A stretch of DNA of 64,000 bases. Origin: Thermoanaerobaculia bacterium (GTDB lineage Bacteria; Acidobacteriota; Thermoanaerobaculia; Gp7-AA8). The DNA is taken from positions 67-64,066 of the forward strand of contig DATELQ010000052.1 of assembly GCA_035276475.1 (NCBI GenBank). The letters are read 5' to 3'. The translations under genes were made by a program, and so were the position numbers. Numbering within the stretch: position 1 is the stretch's first letter; the number at the start of each line of letters is the position of its first letter. Shown here piece by piece: positions 16,210-24,616 of the stretch. A model generated the notes under the pieces. That model had not been told where the DNA came from and ran no database searches. It worked only from the letters and a program-made list of their open reading frames with translations.

Positions 16210-17454
16210 ATGCGCGACGCAATCGTCATCGGCGGCGGGGCCGCGGGGCTGGCCGCGACGCGCGATCTCTCCGCCGCCGGCCTCGACGTGCTCCTCCTCG
16301 AAGCCCGCAACCGCCTCGGCGGGCGCGTGCACACGCTGCACGAGGCCAATCTCCCGCTGCCGGTCGAGCTCGGGCCGGAGTTCGTGCACGGCGAGGTCGA
16401 GGAGGTCTTCCAACTCGTGCGCGGCAGCGGCGTGCTGATCGACCGCCTCCCCGACCTGCATCTGTGGAACGGCCGCGAGCGTCCCGACTTCTGGAAACGG
16501 ATCGAGCGCATCCTCGGCCGCGCTGCAAAGACGCCGCACGATGTCTCGCTCGCGGAGTTCCTCGCCAAATCGCGCATCAGCCCCTCGGATCGCAAGCTCG
16601 TCGAGATGTTCGTCGAGGGCTACCACGCCGCCGATCTCGAGAAGGTCAGCAGCCACTCCCTGGCGTCGAGCGACAGCGAGCAGCAGGACGAAAACGACTT
16701 CCCGCAGTTCCGCGTCGTCACCGGCTACGACTCGCTGCTGAACGTGATCCGCGGCGGCTTCGCGCAGGAGCACGTGGAAGTGCGGACGTCGTCGATCGTC
16801 ACGCGGATCGCCTGGCGGCGCGGCGAGGTCGAGGTAGGCGTCCGCACGCGCGCGGGCGCCGAGGAGACGCACCGCGCGCGGGCCGCCATCGTCACGCTGC
16901 CGATCGGCGTCCTGCGCTCCGACGCCATCACATGGGACCCGCGCCCGCGCAACCTCGCCGCGCTCGAGAAGCTGGAGATGGGGAACGTCTGCAAGATCGT
17001 CTTCGCCTTCCGCGAGTCGTTCTGGCCGGCGCAGACGAACTTCGTCCACGCCGCGGGGCCGGAGTTTCCGACGTGGTGGACGCACGCGCCCGCCGTCGTT
17101 CCGCTGATCACCGCCTGGACCGGCGGCCCACCCGCCGCGCGCCTTCTCGACATGAGCGAGGCGCAGCGCATCGACCGCGCCCTCGCCTCGCTGGCGAACG
17201 TGTTCGACGTGCCGCGCGCGCGGCTCGACGATCTCCTCGACAGCTGGTGGACGCACGACTGGCGCAACGACCCGCTCTCGCGCGGCGCGTACAGCTACAC
17301 GCTCGCCGGCGGCATGAGCGCGCGGAAGAAGCTCGCCGCGCCGGTGCAAAGCACGCTCTTCTTCGCCGGCGAAGCGTGCGAGGCGGAGCAGTCCGGCACC
17401 GTCGCCGGCGCCATCGCCTCGGGACGCGCCGCCGCAAAGGCCGTTCGGGCTTAG
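16210..17454 (+). CDS. flavin-containing amine oxidase family protein
   Basis: The N-terminal FAD motif 'IVIGGGAAGLAATRDL...LLLEARNRLGGRV' is present and the ORF has amine oxidase (MAO/PAO-like) architecture over 414 aa. Confidence 0.8.
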   Translation: MRDAIVIGGGAAGLAATRDLSAAGLDVLLLEARNRLGGRVHTLHEANLPLPVELGPEFVHGEVEEVFQLVRGSGVLIDRLPDLHLWNGRERPDFWKRIERILGRAAKTPHDVSLAEFLAKSRISPSDRKLVEMFVEGYHAADLEKVSSHSLASSDSEQQDENDFPQFRVVTGYDSLLNVIRGGFAQEHVEVRTSSIVTRIAWRRGEVEVGVRTRAGAEETHRARAAIVTLPIGVLRSDAITWDPRPRNLAALEKLEMGNVCKIVFAFRESFWPAQTNFVHAAGPEFPTWWTHAPAVVPLITAWTGGPPAARLLDMSEAQRIDRALASLANVFDVPRARLDDLLDSWWTHDWRNDPLSRGAYSYTLAGGMSARKKLAAPVQSTLFFAGEACEAEQSGTVAGAIASGRAAAKAVRA

Positions 17455-18890
17455 GGCAATCGAATCGACTGCCCGTGGTGGAACACGTTCCCCGGATCCC
17501 ACCGCTTCTTCACCCGCTGCAGGCGCGGATAGCTGTCGAGGTAGTACAACCGCGCCCAGTCGCGCAGATCGGTGTCCGGATAGTTGACGTAGCAGCCGTC
17601 CATCGTCGCGTTGGGCAGCGGGCCTTCGGGGCCGTACATGTCGTCGTAAAACGCCCGGATCCAGCGCAGGTTCTCGTCCTGCTCGAGCGGGTTGTTCCAG
17701 TACGTCTGGTACTGCAGCTTCATGATCGACGACCGCTGCGGCACCGCCGTCGCCTCCGAGTCGACCGCGTTGATCCGGCAGCCGTACGAGTCGACCTGCA
17801 GCAGCGCCTGCGGGACGTCGCTGTCGTTCGTGAGATGCGTCCACATCTTCGCGATCTGCGCGTCGGGAAACGGCTGCTTCATGTACGCCGACTTGTACTT
17901 CCCGTACTGATTCGGGCCGGAGGGATCGAACGTCTGCGTCGCATACAGCCACGGCATCGCCGTGACGTCGTTGTGCCGCATCGGGTGGAAGTGGCGGCCG
18001 ACGGGGACGACCTGCGGCACGAAGGGGCCGACGGCGTGGCGCATGCGCTCGACCAGCTCCTCGACCGGCCCGGCCCCGCTGCCGACGTTCTGGATCGTCA
18101 GCACGATCTGCGACGCCGACTTGTGCGTGAGGTGCAGCAGCGTGAAGAGTCCGGCGAACGGACTGCCGGGGGCGCTGTTCTCGCGCAGGAAGTCGCCGTA
18201 CGCCTGCACCAGCCGCGCGAACTTCCCGGGCGTCATCGCGCTCCAGTCCCAGGCCAGGTTCGCGACGTACGCCTCCGGCGGCGCGGGCGGAAGCTCGCGG
18301 AAAAAGAACCGCGTCACGATGCCGAAGTTGCCTCCGCCGCCGCCCTGATTGACCCAGAGGAGCTCGCGCTCGTCGCCGTGCGAGTCGGCCGTGACCGTCG
18401 CCGCGTGCGCGCGGCCGTCCGCGTCGACGACGACGATCTCGACGCCGGTCAGCCAGTCGACCGTGAGTCCGTGCAGCCGCGACAGCAGCCCGTATCCGCC
18501 GCCGGTGATGTGCCCGCCCGCACCGACGGAGTAGCACGACCCCGCCGGCAGCGCCACGTCGTACTCCTTGTACAGATTCCAGTAGACGTTCCAGAGCGTG
18601 CAGCCGGCTTCGATGCAGTACGCCCGCCGGGCGTCGTCGTAATAGACGCGGTTCATCGGCGCCGTGTCGACGATGACGCCGCCGTCGTTGCCGACCGCGA
18701 AGTCCTCGTAGCAATGTCCGCCGCTGCGCACCGTGATGCGGCGCTTCGCGTCGACGGCCTCCTGCACCGTTCTCTCGACCTGGCCGGTGTCGCCGCACAC
18801 CTGGATGAACGCCGGCTTGCCGGCCCAGCGGAGATTGAAGCCGCGGATCAGCGTCTGGTAGCGCGGGTCGTCGGGACCGACTTTGCTCAC
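17451..18890 (-). CDS. FAD-linked oxidase, berberine-bridge-enzyme-like (VAO/PCMH fold)
   Basis: The FAD_binding_4-like 'ITVRSGGHCYEDF' and 'GAGGHITGGGYG' motifs are present. The C-terminus has a BBE-like segment ending '...VFHHGQSI'. Confidence 0.8.
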   Translation of the reverse strand: MSKVGPDDPRYQTLIRGFNLRWAGKPAFIQVCGDTGQVERTVQEAVDAKRRITVRSGGHCYEDFAVGNDGGVIVDTAPMNRVYYDDARRAYCIEAGCTLWNVYWNLYKEYDVALPAGSCYSVGAGGHITGGGYGLLSRLHGLTVDWLTGVEIVVVDADGRAHAATVTADSHGDERELLWVNQGGGGGNFGIVTRFFFRELPPAPPEAYVANLAWDWSAMTPGKFARLVQAYGDFLRENSAPGSPFAGLFTLLHLTHKSASQIVLTIQNVGSGAGPVEELVERMRHAVGPFVPQVVPVGRHFHPMRHNDVTAMPWLYATQTFDPSGPNQYGKYKSAYMKQPFPDAQIAKMWTHLTNDSDVPQALLQVDSYGCRINAVDSEATAVPQRSSIMKLQYQTYWNNPLEQDENLRWIRAFYDDMYGPEGPLPNATMDGCYVNYPDTDLRDWARLYYLDSYPRLQRVKKRWDPGNVFHHGQSIRLP

Positions 18891-18947
18891 GGAAGAGGAG
18901 TAGCGGCAGCGCGGAGATCCCTACCCCCGCGGAGTACAATCGCGTCG

Positions 18948-19397
18948 ATGATCCCGAGACTCGCGCTGCTCCTTCTCTTCGTCGCCGGCTCCGCGGTCGC
19001 GCAGGAATTCGGCCGCGCCGACGGCGGCGACCTCCAGCTCCAGGTCAAGCAGCCGGGCGGCTTCTCCGGCTCCCTCGGACTCTCCTTCTCGAACGGCCCC
19101 TTCGGGTCGAAGCAATTCGGCGGCACCCTCGGCGGCGCGCTCATCGCGGACAAGCTCTGGTTCTTCGCCACGGGAGAGCGCAATCGTCAGTACGCCTCCG
19201 TCACCCCGCAGCTCAATGACCGCCAGGTTCTCACCGCGGCCGCCGGCACCGGACGGGAGCAGACGCCCACGCTCACGTTGCCGTCGTCATTCCTCTCGAT
19301 GCGCTACACCGGCATGCTCTCGAGCAGCTCGTACTTCACCGCGAACGTGACGACGCGAAGAACGACCGCCGAGCCGGCGCTCGTCCTCTTCCACTAG
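18948..19397 (+). CDS. hypothetical secreted protein (150 aa)
   Basis: The in-frame ATG has a signal-peptide-like N-terminus (MIPRLALLLLFVAGSAVAQE). It is only visible as the tail of a spurious 1204-aa ORF in the track. No domain is recognised. Confidence 0.35.
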   Translation: MIPRLALLLLFVAGSAVAQEFGRADGGDLQLQVKQPGGFSGSLGLSFSNGPFGSKQFGGTLGGALIADKLWFFATGERNRQYASVTPQLNDRQVLTAAAGTGREQTPTLTLPSSFLSMRYTGMLSSSSYFTANVTTRRTTAEPALVLFH

Positions 19398-20026
19398 AAG
19401 CCGTACTTCGCCTTATCCCGCCCGATCCGCTTCAGCGCCACGATCGCCGGGACGAAGTCGCGCGTCTCGCCGGGGAGCTTCTGCCAGATCCGGTAGTAGT
19501 CGCGGTCGTGCCCCGTCTCCCGCCCGAACGTCTCCTTCATGATCCGCGCGACGCGGTTCTCGCCCGAGTTGTACGCCGCCGCGGCCAGGTACCAGCAGCC
19601 GAAGCGCTTGTAGAGGTGCTCGAGAAAGTCGAGCGCCGCCTCCGTCTCCTTCTCCAGGTTCTTCCGCTCGTCGACCTTCTTGTTCACGCGCAGGCCGTAC
19701 AGATGCGCCGTCGCCTTCGTCAGCTGCCACACCCCGACCGCTTCCTCGGCAGAGTGTGCCTCGCGGTCGAACGCCGACTCCTCGAAGGCCAGATAGATGA
19801 GGTTCTGCGGCAGGCCGCGCGCCCGCAGCTTGCTCGTGATCAGCTTCTGGACGTGCGGCTTCCGCTCGAAGCCGGCCGCGATCCTCTTGCGGTACTCCGG
19901 CGTATGGCTGAACTGGTCGACCCAGTAGTCGACCCGCTCGTGCTTGAGGTCGGGCAGCACATCGCGCTGGCCGGCCATTGCGGCGGCGGCGGCGAAAAAG
20001 ACGGCGAAAGCGGCAAAATGGCGCAT
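19394..20026 (-). CDS. lytic transglycosylase (SLT domain) protein
   Basis: The SLT catalytic signature 'EESAFDREAHSAEEAVGVWQLTKATA' matches E-S-x-F ... S-x-x-G-A-x-G-x-x-Q. The start is taken at Met 'MRHFAAFAVFFAAAAAMA', a signal peptide. Confidence 0.7.
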   Translation of the reverse strand: MRHFAAFAVFFAAAAAMAGQRDVLPDLKHERVDYWVDQFSHTPEYRKRIAAGFERKPHVQKLITSKLRARGLPQNLIYLAFEESAFDREAHSAEEAVGVWQLTKATAHLYGLRVNKKVDERKNLEKETEAALDFLEHLYKRFGCWYLAAAAYNSGENRVARIMKETFGRETGHDRDYYRIWQKLPGETRDFVPAIVALKRIGRDKAKYGF

Positions 20027-20109
20027 CGAAGTTACCGTTCGTGCAAAGCCATTGCCGCGGCCGGCGGACCGTGAATATTTTCTTGGTGGAGGGCTGTTCC
20101 CCTCGCGAC

Positions 20110-22164
20110 ATGAAGAGATTCGCACTCCTCCTCTCGCTGCTCACTCTCCTTTCCACCGCCGGGTTGCGCGCCGCTGACGCGCCGTCGGCGACGCAGACCG
20201 CGCAGCGCTACGGCAAATGGGGCGTCGATCTCGACGCCATGGACCGCAGCGTCAAGCCCGGCGACGACTTTTTCCGCTTCGTCAACGGCAAGTGGGCTTC
20301 CACCGCCCAGATCCCGGCCGACAAGACGAGCCTCGGATCGTTCGCGCTCCTCCGCGACCTCTCCGAGGCGCGCGTGCACGAGATCCTGGAGCGCTGGGCC
20401 GCCGCCAAGAACCTCAAGCCCGGCAGTGACGAGGCCAAGGTCGCCGCGATCTACCGCTCGTTCATGGACGAGGCGACGATCGAGAAGTTCGACAGCAAGC
20501 CCATCCAGCCGTTTCTCGACGCCGTTGCGAAAGCCAAAACCCTCGACGACGTCGCCCGCCTGATGGCCGACTCGCAGGGCGGCTTCGGCAGCTCGTTCTT
20601 CCGCGCCGGCATCGGCGACGACCAGAAGAACCCCGACAAGAACACGCTTTATCTCTCGCAGGCCGGCTTGGGCCTCCCCGACCGCGAGTACTACCTGCAG
20701 GACAAGTTCAAGGAGCAGCGCGAGCACTACCAGCAGTACGTCAGCGACATGCTGAAGCTGGCCGGCTGGCCCGAGCCGGAGAAGAACGCCGCCGACGTCG
20801 TGGCGCTCGAGACCAAGATCGCCGAGGCGCATTGGACGCGCGCCGAAGGGCGCAACCGGGACAAGACGTACAACCTCATGACCTTCGCCGAGCTGGAGAA
20901 GAACGCCGCCGGCTTCCCCTGGAGCGTCTACTTCAAGGAAGCGGGCCTGGAGAAGGCCGGCCGCGCCGTCGTCCGCCAGAACACGGCGTTCCCGAAGATC
21001 GCCAACGTCTTCGCCGCCACGCCCGTCGACACGCTGAAGGCGTGGGAGGCGTTCCACATCGTCGACGAGACCTCGCCGCTGCTCTCGAAGCGCTTCGCCG
21101 ACGCGCAGTGGGAGTTCCGCTCGAAGTACCTCAATGGCACGAAGGAACAGCGCCCCCGCTGGAAGCGCGGCACGCAGGCCGCCGAGATCTCCATGGGCGA
21201 GGCGATCGGCCGCACGTACGTGGCCGAGTACTTCCCGCCGGAGTCGAAGGCGAAGATGGAGTCGCTCGTCAGCGATCTCCGCACGGCGCTCCGTGCCCGC
21301 ATCGAGAAGCTGGAGTGGATGAAGCCGGAGACGAAGGCGAAGGCGCTGGAGAAGCTGGCCAAGTTCAACGTGAAGATCGGCTATCCGACGAAGTGGCGCG
21401 ACTATTCGGCGCTGCAGGTGAAAGACGGTGACGCCGTCGGCAACGTCCTCAGCTCCGCGAAGTTCCAGTGGGCCCGCGACCTGGCCGATCTCAACAAGCC
21501 GACCGACAAGACCGAGTGGGGCATGACGCCGCAGACGGTCAACGCCTACTACAACTCGACGAAGAACGAGATCGTCTTCCCCGCCGCGATTCTGCAGCCG
21601 CCCTTCTTCGATCCGAAGGCCGACCCGGCCGTGAACTACGGTGCGATCGGCGGCGTGATCGGACACGAGATCACGCACGGCTTCGACGATCAGGGCCGCA
21701 AGTCCGACGGCAACGGCGTGCTCACCGACTGGTGGGTCGCCGACGACGCCGCGAAGTTCGAGGCGCAGGCGACGAAGCTCGGCGCGCAGTACGAGGCGGT
21801 GAATTTCCCGACGCTGCCCGGCATGCACATCACCGGACGCCTGACGATGGGCGAGAACATCGCGGACCTCGGCGGGATCCTGCTCGCGCTCGACGCCTAC
21901 AAGGTGTCGCTCAAGGGCCAGCCTGCCCCGGTGCTGGACGGCTTCACCGGCCAGCAGCGCGTGTTCCTCGGCTGGGCCCAGGTGTGGCGCTCCGTGATGC
22001 GCGACGACACCCTCCGCCAGCTCCTCATGACCGACTCCCACTCCCCCGCCCCCGTCCGCGCCATCGCCCCGCTCCGCAACGTGGACGCGTGGTACGACGC
22101 GTTCGGCGTGAAGGAGGGAGAGGCGAATTACGTGAAGCCGGAAGAGCGAGTCAGAATCTGGTAA
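20110..22164 (+). CDS. pepO: M13-family zinc metallopeptidase (neprilysin/PepO-like)
   Basis: The ORF carries the HExxH zinc-binding 'VIGHEITHGFDDQGR', the third zinc-ligand motif 'ENIADLGG' and the N-terminal lipoprotein-like signal 'MKRFALLLSLLTLLSTAG'. Length is about 684 aa. Confidence 0.85.
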   Translation: MKRFALLLSLLTLLSTAGLRAADAPSATQTAQRYGKWGVDLDAMDRSVKPGDDFFRFVNGKWASTAQIPADKTSLGSFALLRDLSEARVHEILERWAAAKNLKPGSDEAKVAAIYRSFMDEATIEKFDSKPIQPFLDAVAKAKTLDDVARLMADSQGGFGSSFFRAGIGDDQKNPDKNTLYLSQAGLGLPDREYYLQDKFKEQREHYQQYVSDMLKLAGWPEPEKNAADVVALETKIAEAHWTRAEGRNRDKTYNLMTFAELEKNAAGFPWSVYFKEAGLEKAGRAVVRQNTAFPKIANVFAATPVDTLKAWEAFHIVDETSPLLSKRFADAQWEFRSKYLNGTKEQRPRWKRGTQAAEISMGEAIGRTYVAEYFPPESKAKMESLVSDLRTALRARIEKLEWMKPETKAKALEKLAKFNVKIGYPTKWRDYSALQVKDGDAVGNVLSSAKFQWARDLADLNKPTDKTEWGMTPQTVNAYYNSTKNEIVFPAAILQPPFFDPKADPAVNYGAIGGVIGHEITHGFDDQGRKSDGNGVLTDWWVADDAAKFEAQATKLGAQYEAVNFPTLPGMHITGRLTMGENIADLGGILLALDAYKVSLKGQPAPVLDGFTGQQRVFLGWAQVWRSVMRDDTLRQLLMTDSHSPAPVRAIAPLRNVDAWYDAFGVKEGEANYVKPEERVRIW

Positions 22165-22186
22165 GTTCCGATTGCTCGTAACGTGA

Positions 22187-22220
22187 AACGGCCGCCTCCG
22201 GGCGGCCGTTTTTGTTTTTA
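22187..22220 (+). terminator. rho-independent terminator after the M13 peptidase gene
   Basis: The GC stem 'cggccgcc tccg ggcggccg' is followed by 'tttttgttttt'. Confidence 0.6.
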
Positions 22221-22619
22221 TGTGGTGAACCGTTCCGGCGAGATGGACAGATCGGGGCACGCGGCCAACAAGCCGCGGTCCGCCGTCACCAGAGGCACCT
22301 CGAGGTTAACGGCCGCAACGACGAACTGGGCGTCATACGCGGAGAGCTTCCGCTCCGCCGCCATCTCCAACACGTCGTCTCCCGACGGCTCCATCTCGCT
22401 TCGACCGAAAATTGTTTGCGCCCGCCGCCATGTCTCGTGCGCCTCGGCTAGCGTGAGAACGTGCGCACACACCGCCGTTGTGAGGACGTTCAGAAACTCG
22501 CTGCGCCAAAGCGTCGGTAGCATCCAGCGCGGATCTTTCGCCCATACGGCTCGCGCCATCTCCGTCTTTTCCCCCTCGATTAGCAGGTAAGCCACGAGGT
22601 TCGTGTCAGCCACGATCAC
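22218..22619 (-). CDS. vapC: type II toxin VapC (PIN domain)
   Basis: The N-terminal 'MIVADTNLVAYLL' carries the PIN acidic residue. Size is 133 aa. Its start overlaps the stop of the upstream small RHH gene. Confidence 0.7.
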   Translation of the reverse strand: MIVADTNLVAYLLIEGEKTEMARAVWAKDPRWMLPTLWRSEFLNVLTTAVCAHVLTLAEAHETWRRAQTIFGRSEMEPSGDDVLEMAAERKLSAYDAQFVVAAVNLEVPLVTADRGLLAACPDLSISPERFTT

Positions 22620-22846
22620 CGGTCTCTCCGCCGAGCGCGGTCGATGATCGTCTGACGGAGCGGATGCCGGCCACGCACGCGCAAGCGATCGATCTCTTCA
22701 AGCGTCGGCGGACCGGAGCGGTCATGGAGTGCCGCCTCCAGAATGGTGATCGCCTCACTGCTGAGACTGCGCCGGTTCGCCGCCGCGCGCGTCTTCAGTT
22801 TTCGATGAAGCTCCTTCGGAAGTTCCTTGATCAGCAGAGCGGCCAT
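22616..22846 (-). CDS. vapB: VapB-type antitoxin (ribbon-helix-helix, Arc/FitA-like)
   Basis: 76-aa product 'MAALLIKELPKELHRKLKTRAAANRRSLSSEAITILEAAL' is a typical RHH antitoxin. The gene has a 4-bp overlap with vapC. Confidence 0.6.
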   Translation of the reverse strand: MAALLIKELPKELHRKLKTRAAANRRSLSSEAITILEAALHDRSGPPTLEEIDRLRVRGRHPLRQTIIDRARRRDR

Positions 22847-22899
22847 GGTATCGAAAGTATAGCAAAGCGCTAGTGCTATGCTGCGCGCCAGGAGGAACG

Positions 22900-23214
22900 A
22901 TGAAGAACCCATCCGAGCCCCTCTACATCGGCGTCGGCAGTCACGCCGTGGCCATCGACCGCGCCACCGGCGCCGAGCTTTGGCGGACGAAGCTCAAGTC
23001 ATCGAGCTTCGTGACCGTCTACTCCGACCGCGACGGCCTCTACGCCGGCGCGAAGGGAGAGCTCTTCTGCCTCGACCGCACCACCGGCAGCATCCTCTGG
23101 CACAACCGCCTGAACGGCCTCGGAATGAACGTCATCACGTTCAGCGGCAGCGGCACGACCGCGCTGTTGGATCGCGCAACAACAAGCGGCCCTGGGGGCC
23201 GCAGCACGGGGTGA
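22900..23214 (+). CDS. small PQQ-like beta-propeller repeat protein (possibly a gene fragment)
   Basis: 'GSHAVAIDRATGAELWRTKL' and 'LFCLDRTTGSILWHNRL' resemble PQQ/BamB-type repeats. It is about 105 aa, far shorter than a full propeller. Confidence 0.3.
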   Translation: MKNPSEPLYIGVGSHAVAIDRATGAELWRTKLKSSSFVTVYSDRDGLYAGAKGELFCLDRTTGSILWHNRLNGLGMNVITFSGSGTTALLDRATTSGPGGRSTG

Positions 23215-23236
23215 GCGTCTTGCACGCTCCTCCGCC

Positions 23237-24613
23237 GTGGACTGGTTCGACGGCCTCTGGCTCGTCCGCCTCCTCTTCCTCCGCGGCCTCGCGGCGATCT
23301 ACCTCGTCGCCTTCCTCTCCGCGCTGAACCAATTCCCCGCGCTCCTCGGCGAGCGCGGGCTCCTCCCGGTGCGCGACTTCCTCGACGTTGTCACGTTCCG
23401 CGACGCGCCGTCGCTCTTCCACTGGCGGTACTCGGACCGGCTCCTCCGCGCCGTCGCACGGAGCGGTATCGCGCTCGCGGCCATCTCGCTCATCGGCGTC
23501 ACCGACAAAGCTCCGTGGCCGCTCTTCCTCGCCATCTGGCTCGCGATGTGGGCGCTCTACCTCTCCATCGTCAACGTCGGCCAGACCTTCTACGCCTTCG
23601 GATGGGAGTCGATGCTCTGCGAGGCCGGCTTCTTCGCCGCATTCCTCGGGCCCGCACACCTGCGGACGCCCGCCATCGTCATCGTCCTCCTCCGCTGGAT
23701 GCTCTTCCGCGTCGAGCTCGGCGCGGGCCTCATCAAGCTCCGCCACGACCAATGCTGGCGCGATCTCACCTGCCTCTATTACCACTACGAGACCCAGCCG
23801 CTCCCGAACCCGCTGAGTCGCCTCTTCCACCGCGTACCGAAGCCGCTGCACCGCTGGAGCGTCGCCTTCAGCCACTTCGTGCAGATCGTCGCGCCGTTCG
23901 GCCTCTTCGCGCCGCAGCCGATCGCGTCGATCGCCGCGGCGCTGGCCATCGCGCAGCAGCTCCTCCTGATCGTCAGCGGCAACTACGCCTGGCTGAACTG
24001 GCTGACCGTCATCCTCGGCGTGACCGGCTTCAGCGACGCGATCCTTTACGTGCGTACACCCGCGACCGCGCCGCGTCCGATGGCCTTCGACGTCATCCTC
24101 TACGCGCTCGCCGCGCTCACCGCGATCCTGAGCATCCGCCCCGCGCTCAACTTTTTCTCGCGCAACCAATACATGAACTACTGCTGGAACCGATTCCACC
24201 TTGTCTGCGCGTACGGCGCGTTCGGCAGCATCACCAAGGAGCGCTTCGAGGTCGTGCTCGAAGGAAGCAACGAGGGCGTGGAGTGGAAGGAGTACGGCTT
24301 CCGCGCCAAGCCGGGCGACACCGCGCGGCGGCCGCCGCAGGTCGCGCCGTACCACCTCCGCCTCGACTGGCTGATGTGGTTCCTCCCCTTCTCCGTGCAC
24401 GCGCCGGGCTACGAGCGCTGGTTCATCCGCCTCGTGCAGCGGCTCCTCAAGGGCGACGCGCAAACGCTCGCGCTCCTGCGCCACAACCCCTTCCCCGATG
24501 CGCCGCCGAAGTACATCCGCGCCGGCTACTACCTCTATCGCTTCGGCGAGAAGGAGTGGTGGACGCGCGAGCGCATCGGCGACTACCTGCCGATCATGGC
24601 GCGCTCTGTGTAA
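23237..24613 (+). CDS. lipase maturation factor (LMF1-like) family membrane protein
   Basis: It has multiple TM segments plus the LMF-family conserved blocks 'YHYETQPLPNPLS' and 'GNYAWLNWLTV'. Length is 458 aa. Confidence 0.65.
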   Translation: MDWFDGLWLVRLLFLRGLAAIYLVAFLSALNQFPALLGERGLLPVRDFLDVVTFRDAPSLFHWRYSDRLLRAVARSGIALAAISLIGVTDKAPWPLFLAIWLAMWALYLSIVNVGQTFYAFGWESMLCEAGFFAAFLGPAHLRTPAIVIVLLRWMLFRVELGAGLIKLRHDQCWRDLTCLYYHYETQPLPNPLSRLFHRVPKPLHRWSVAFSHFVQIVAPFGLFAPQPIASIAAALAIAQQLLLIVSGNYAWLNWLTVILGVTGFSDAILYVRTPATAPRPMAFDVILYALAALTAILSIRPALNFFSRNQYMNYCWNRFHLVCAYGAFGSITKERFEVVLEGSNEGVEWKEYGFRAKPGDTARRPPQVAPYHLRLDWLMWFLPFSVHAPGYERWFIRLVQRLLKGDAQTLALLRHNPFPDAPPKYIRAGYYLYRFGEKEWWTRERIGDYLPIMARSV

Positions 24614-24616
24614 CGC

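Noticed and set aside
15783-19397. 1204-aa ORF on the plus strand spanning the hupE-like, amine oxidase and BBE-oxidase region
   Set aside because: It is antisense or out of frame relative to three well-supported genes. It is extremely Arg/Ala/Pro-rich with no motifs, a typical high-GC open-frame artefact. Only its last 150 codons (18948..19397) were kept as a possible small secreted protein.
20032-22260. 742-aa minus-strand ORF antisense to the M13 peptidase gene
   Set aside because: The M13 gene has HExxH and ENIADxGG motifs and a signal peptide. The antisense ORF is compositionally biased with no motifs.
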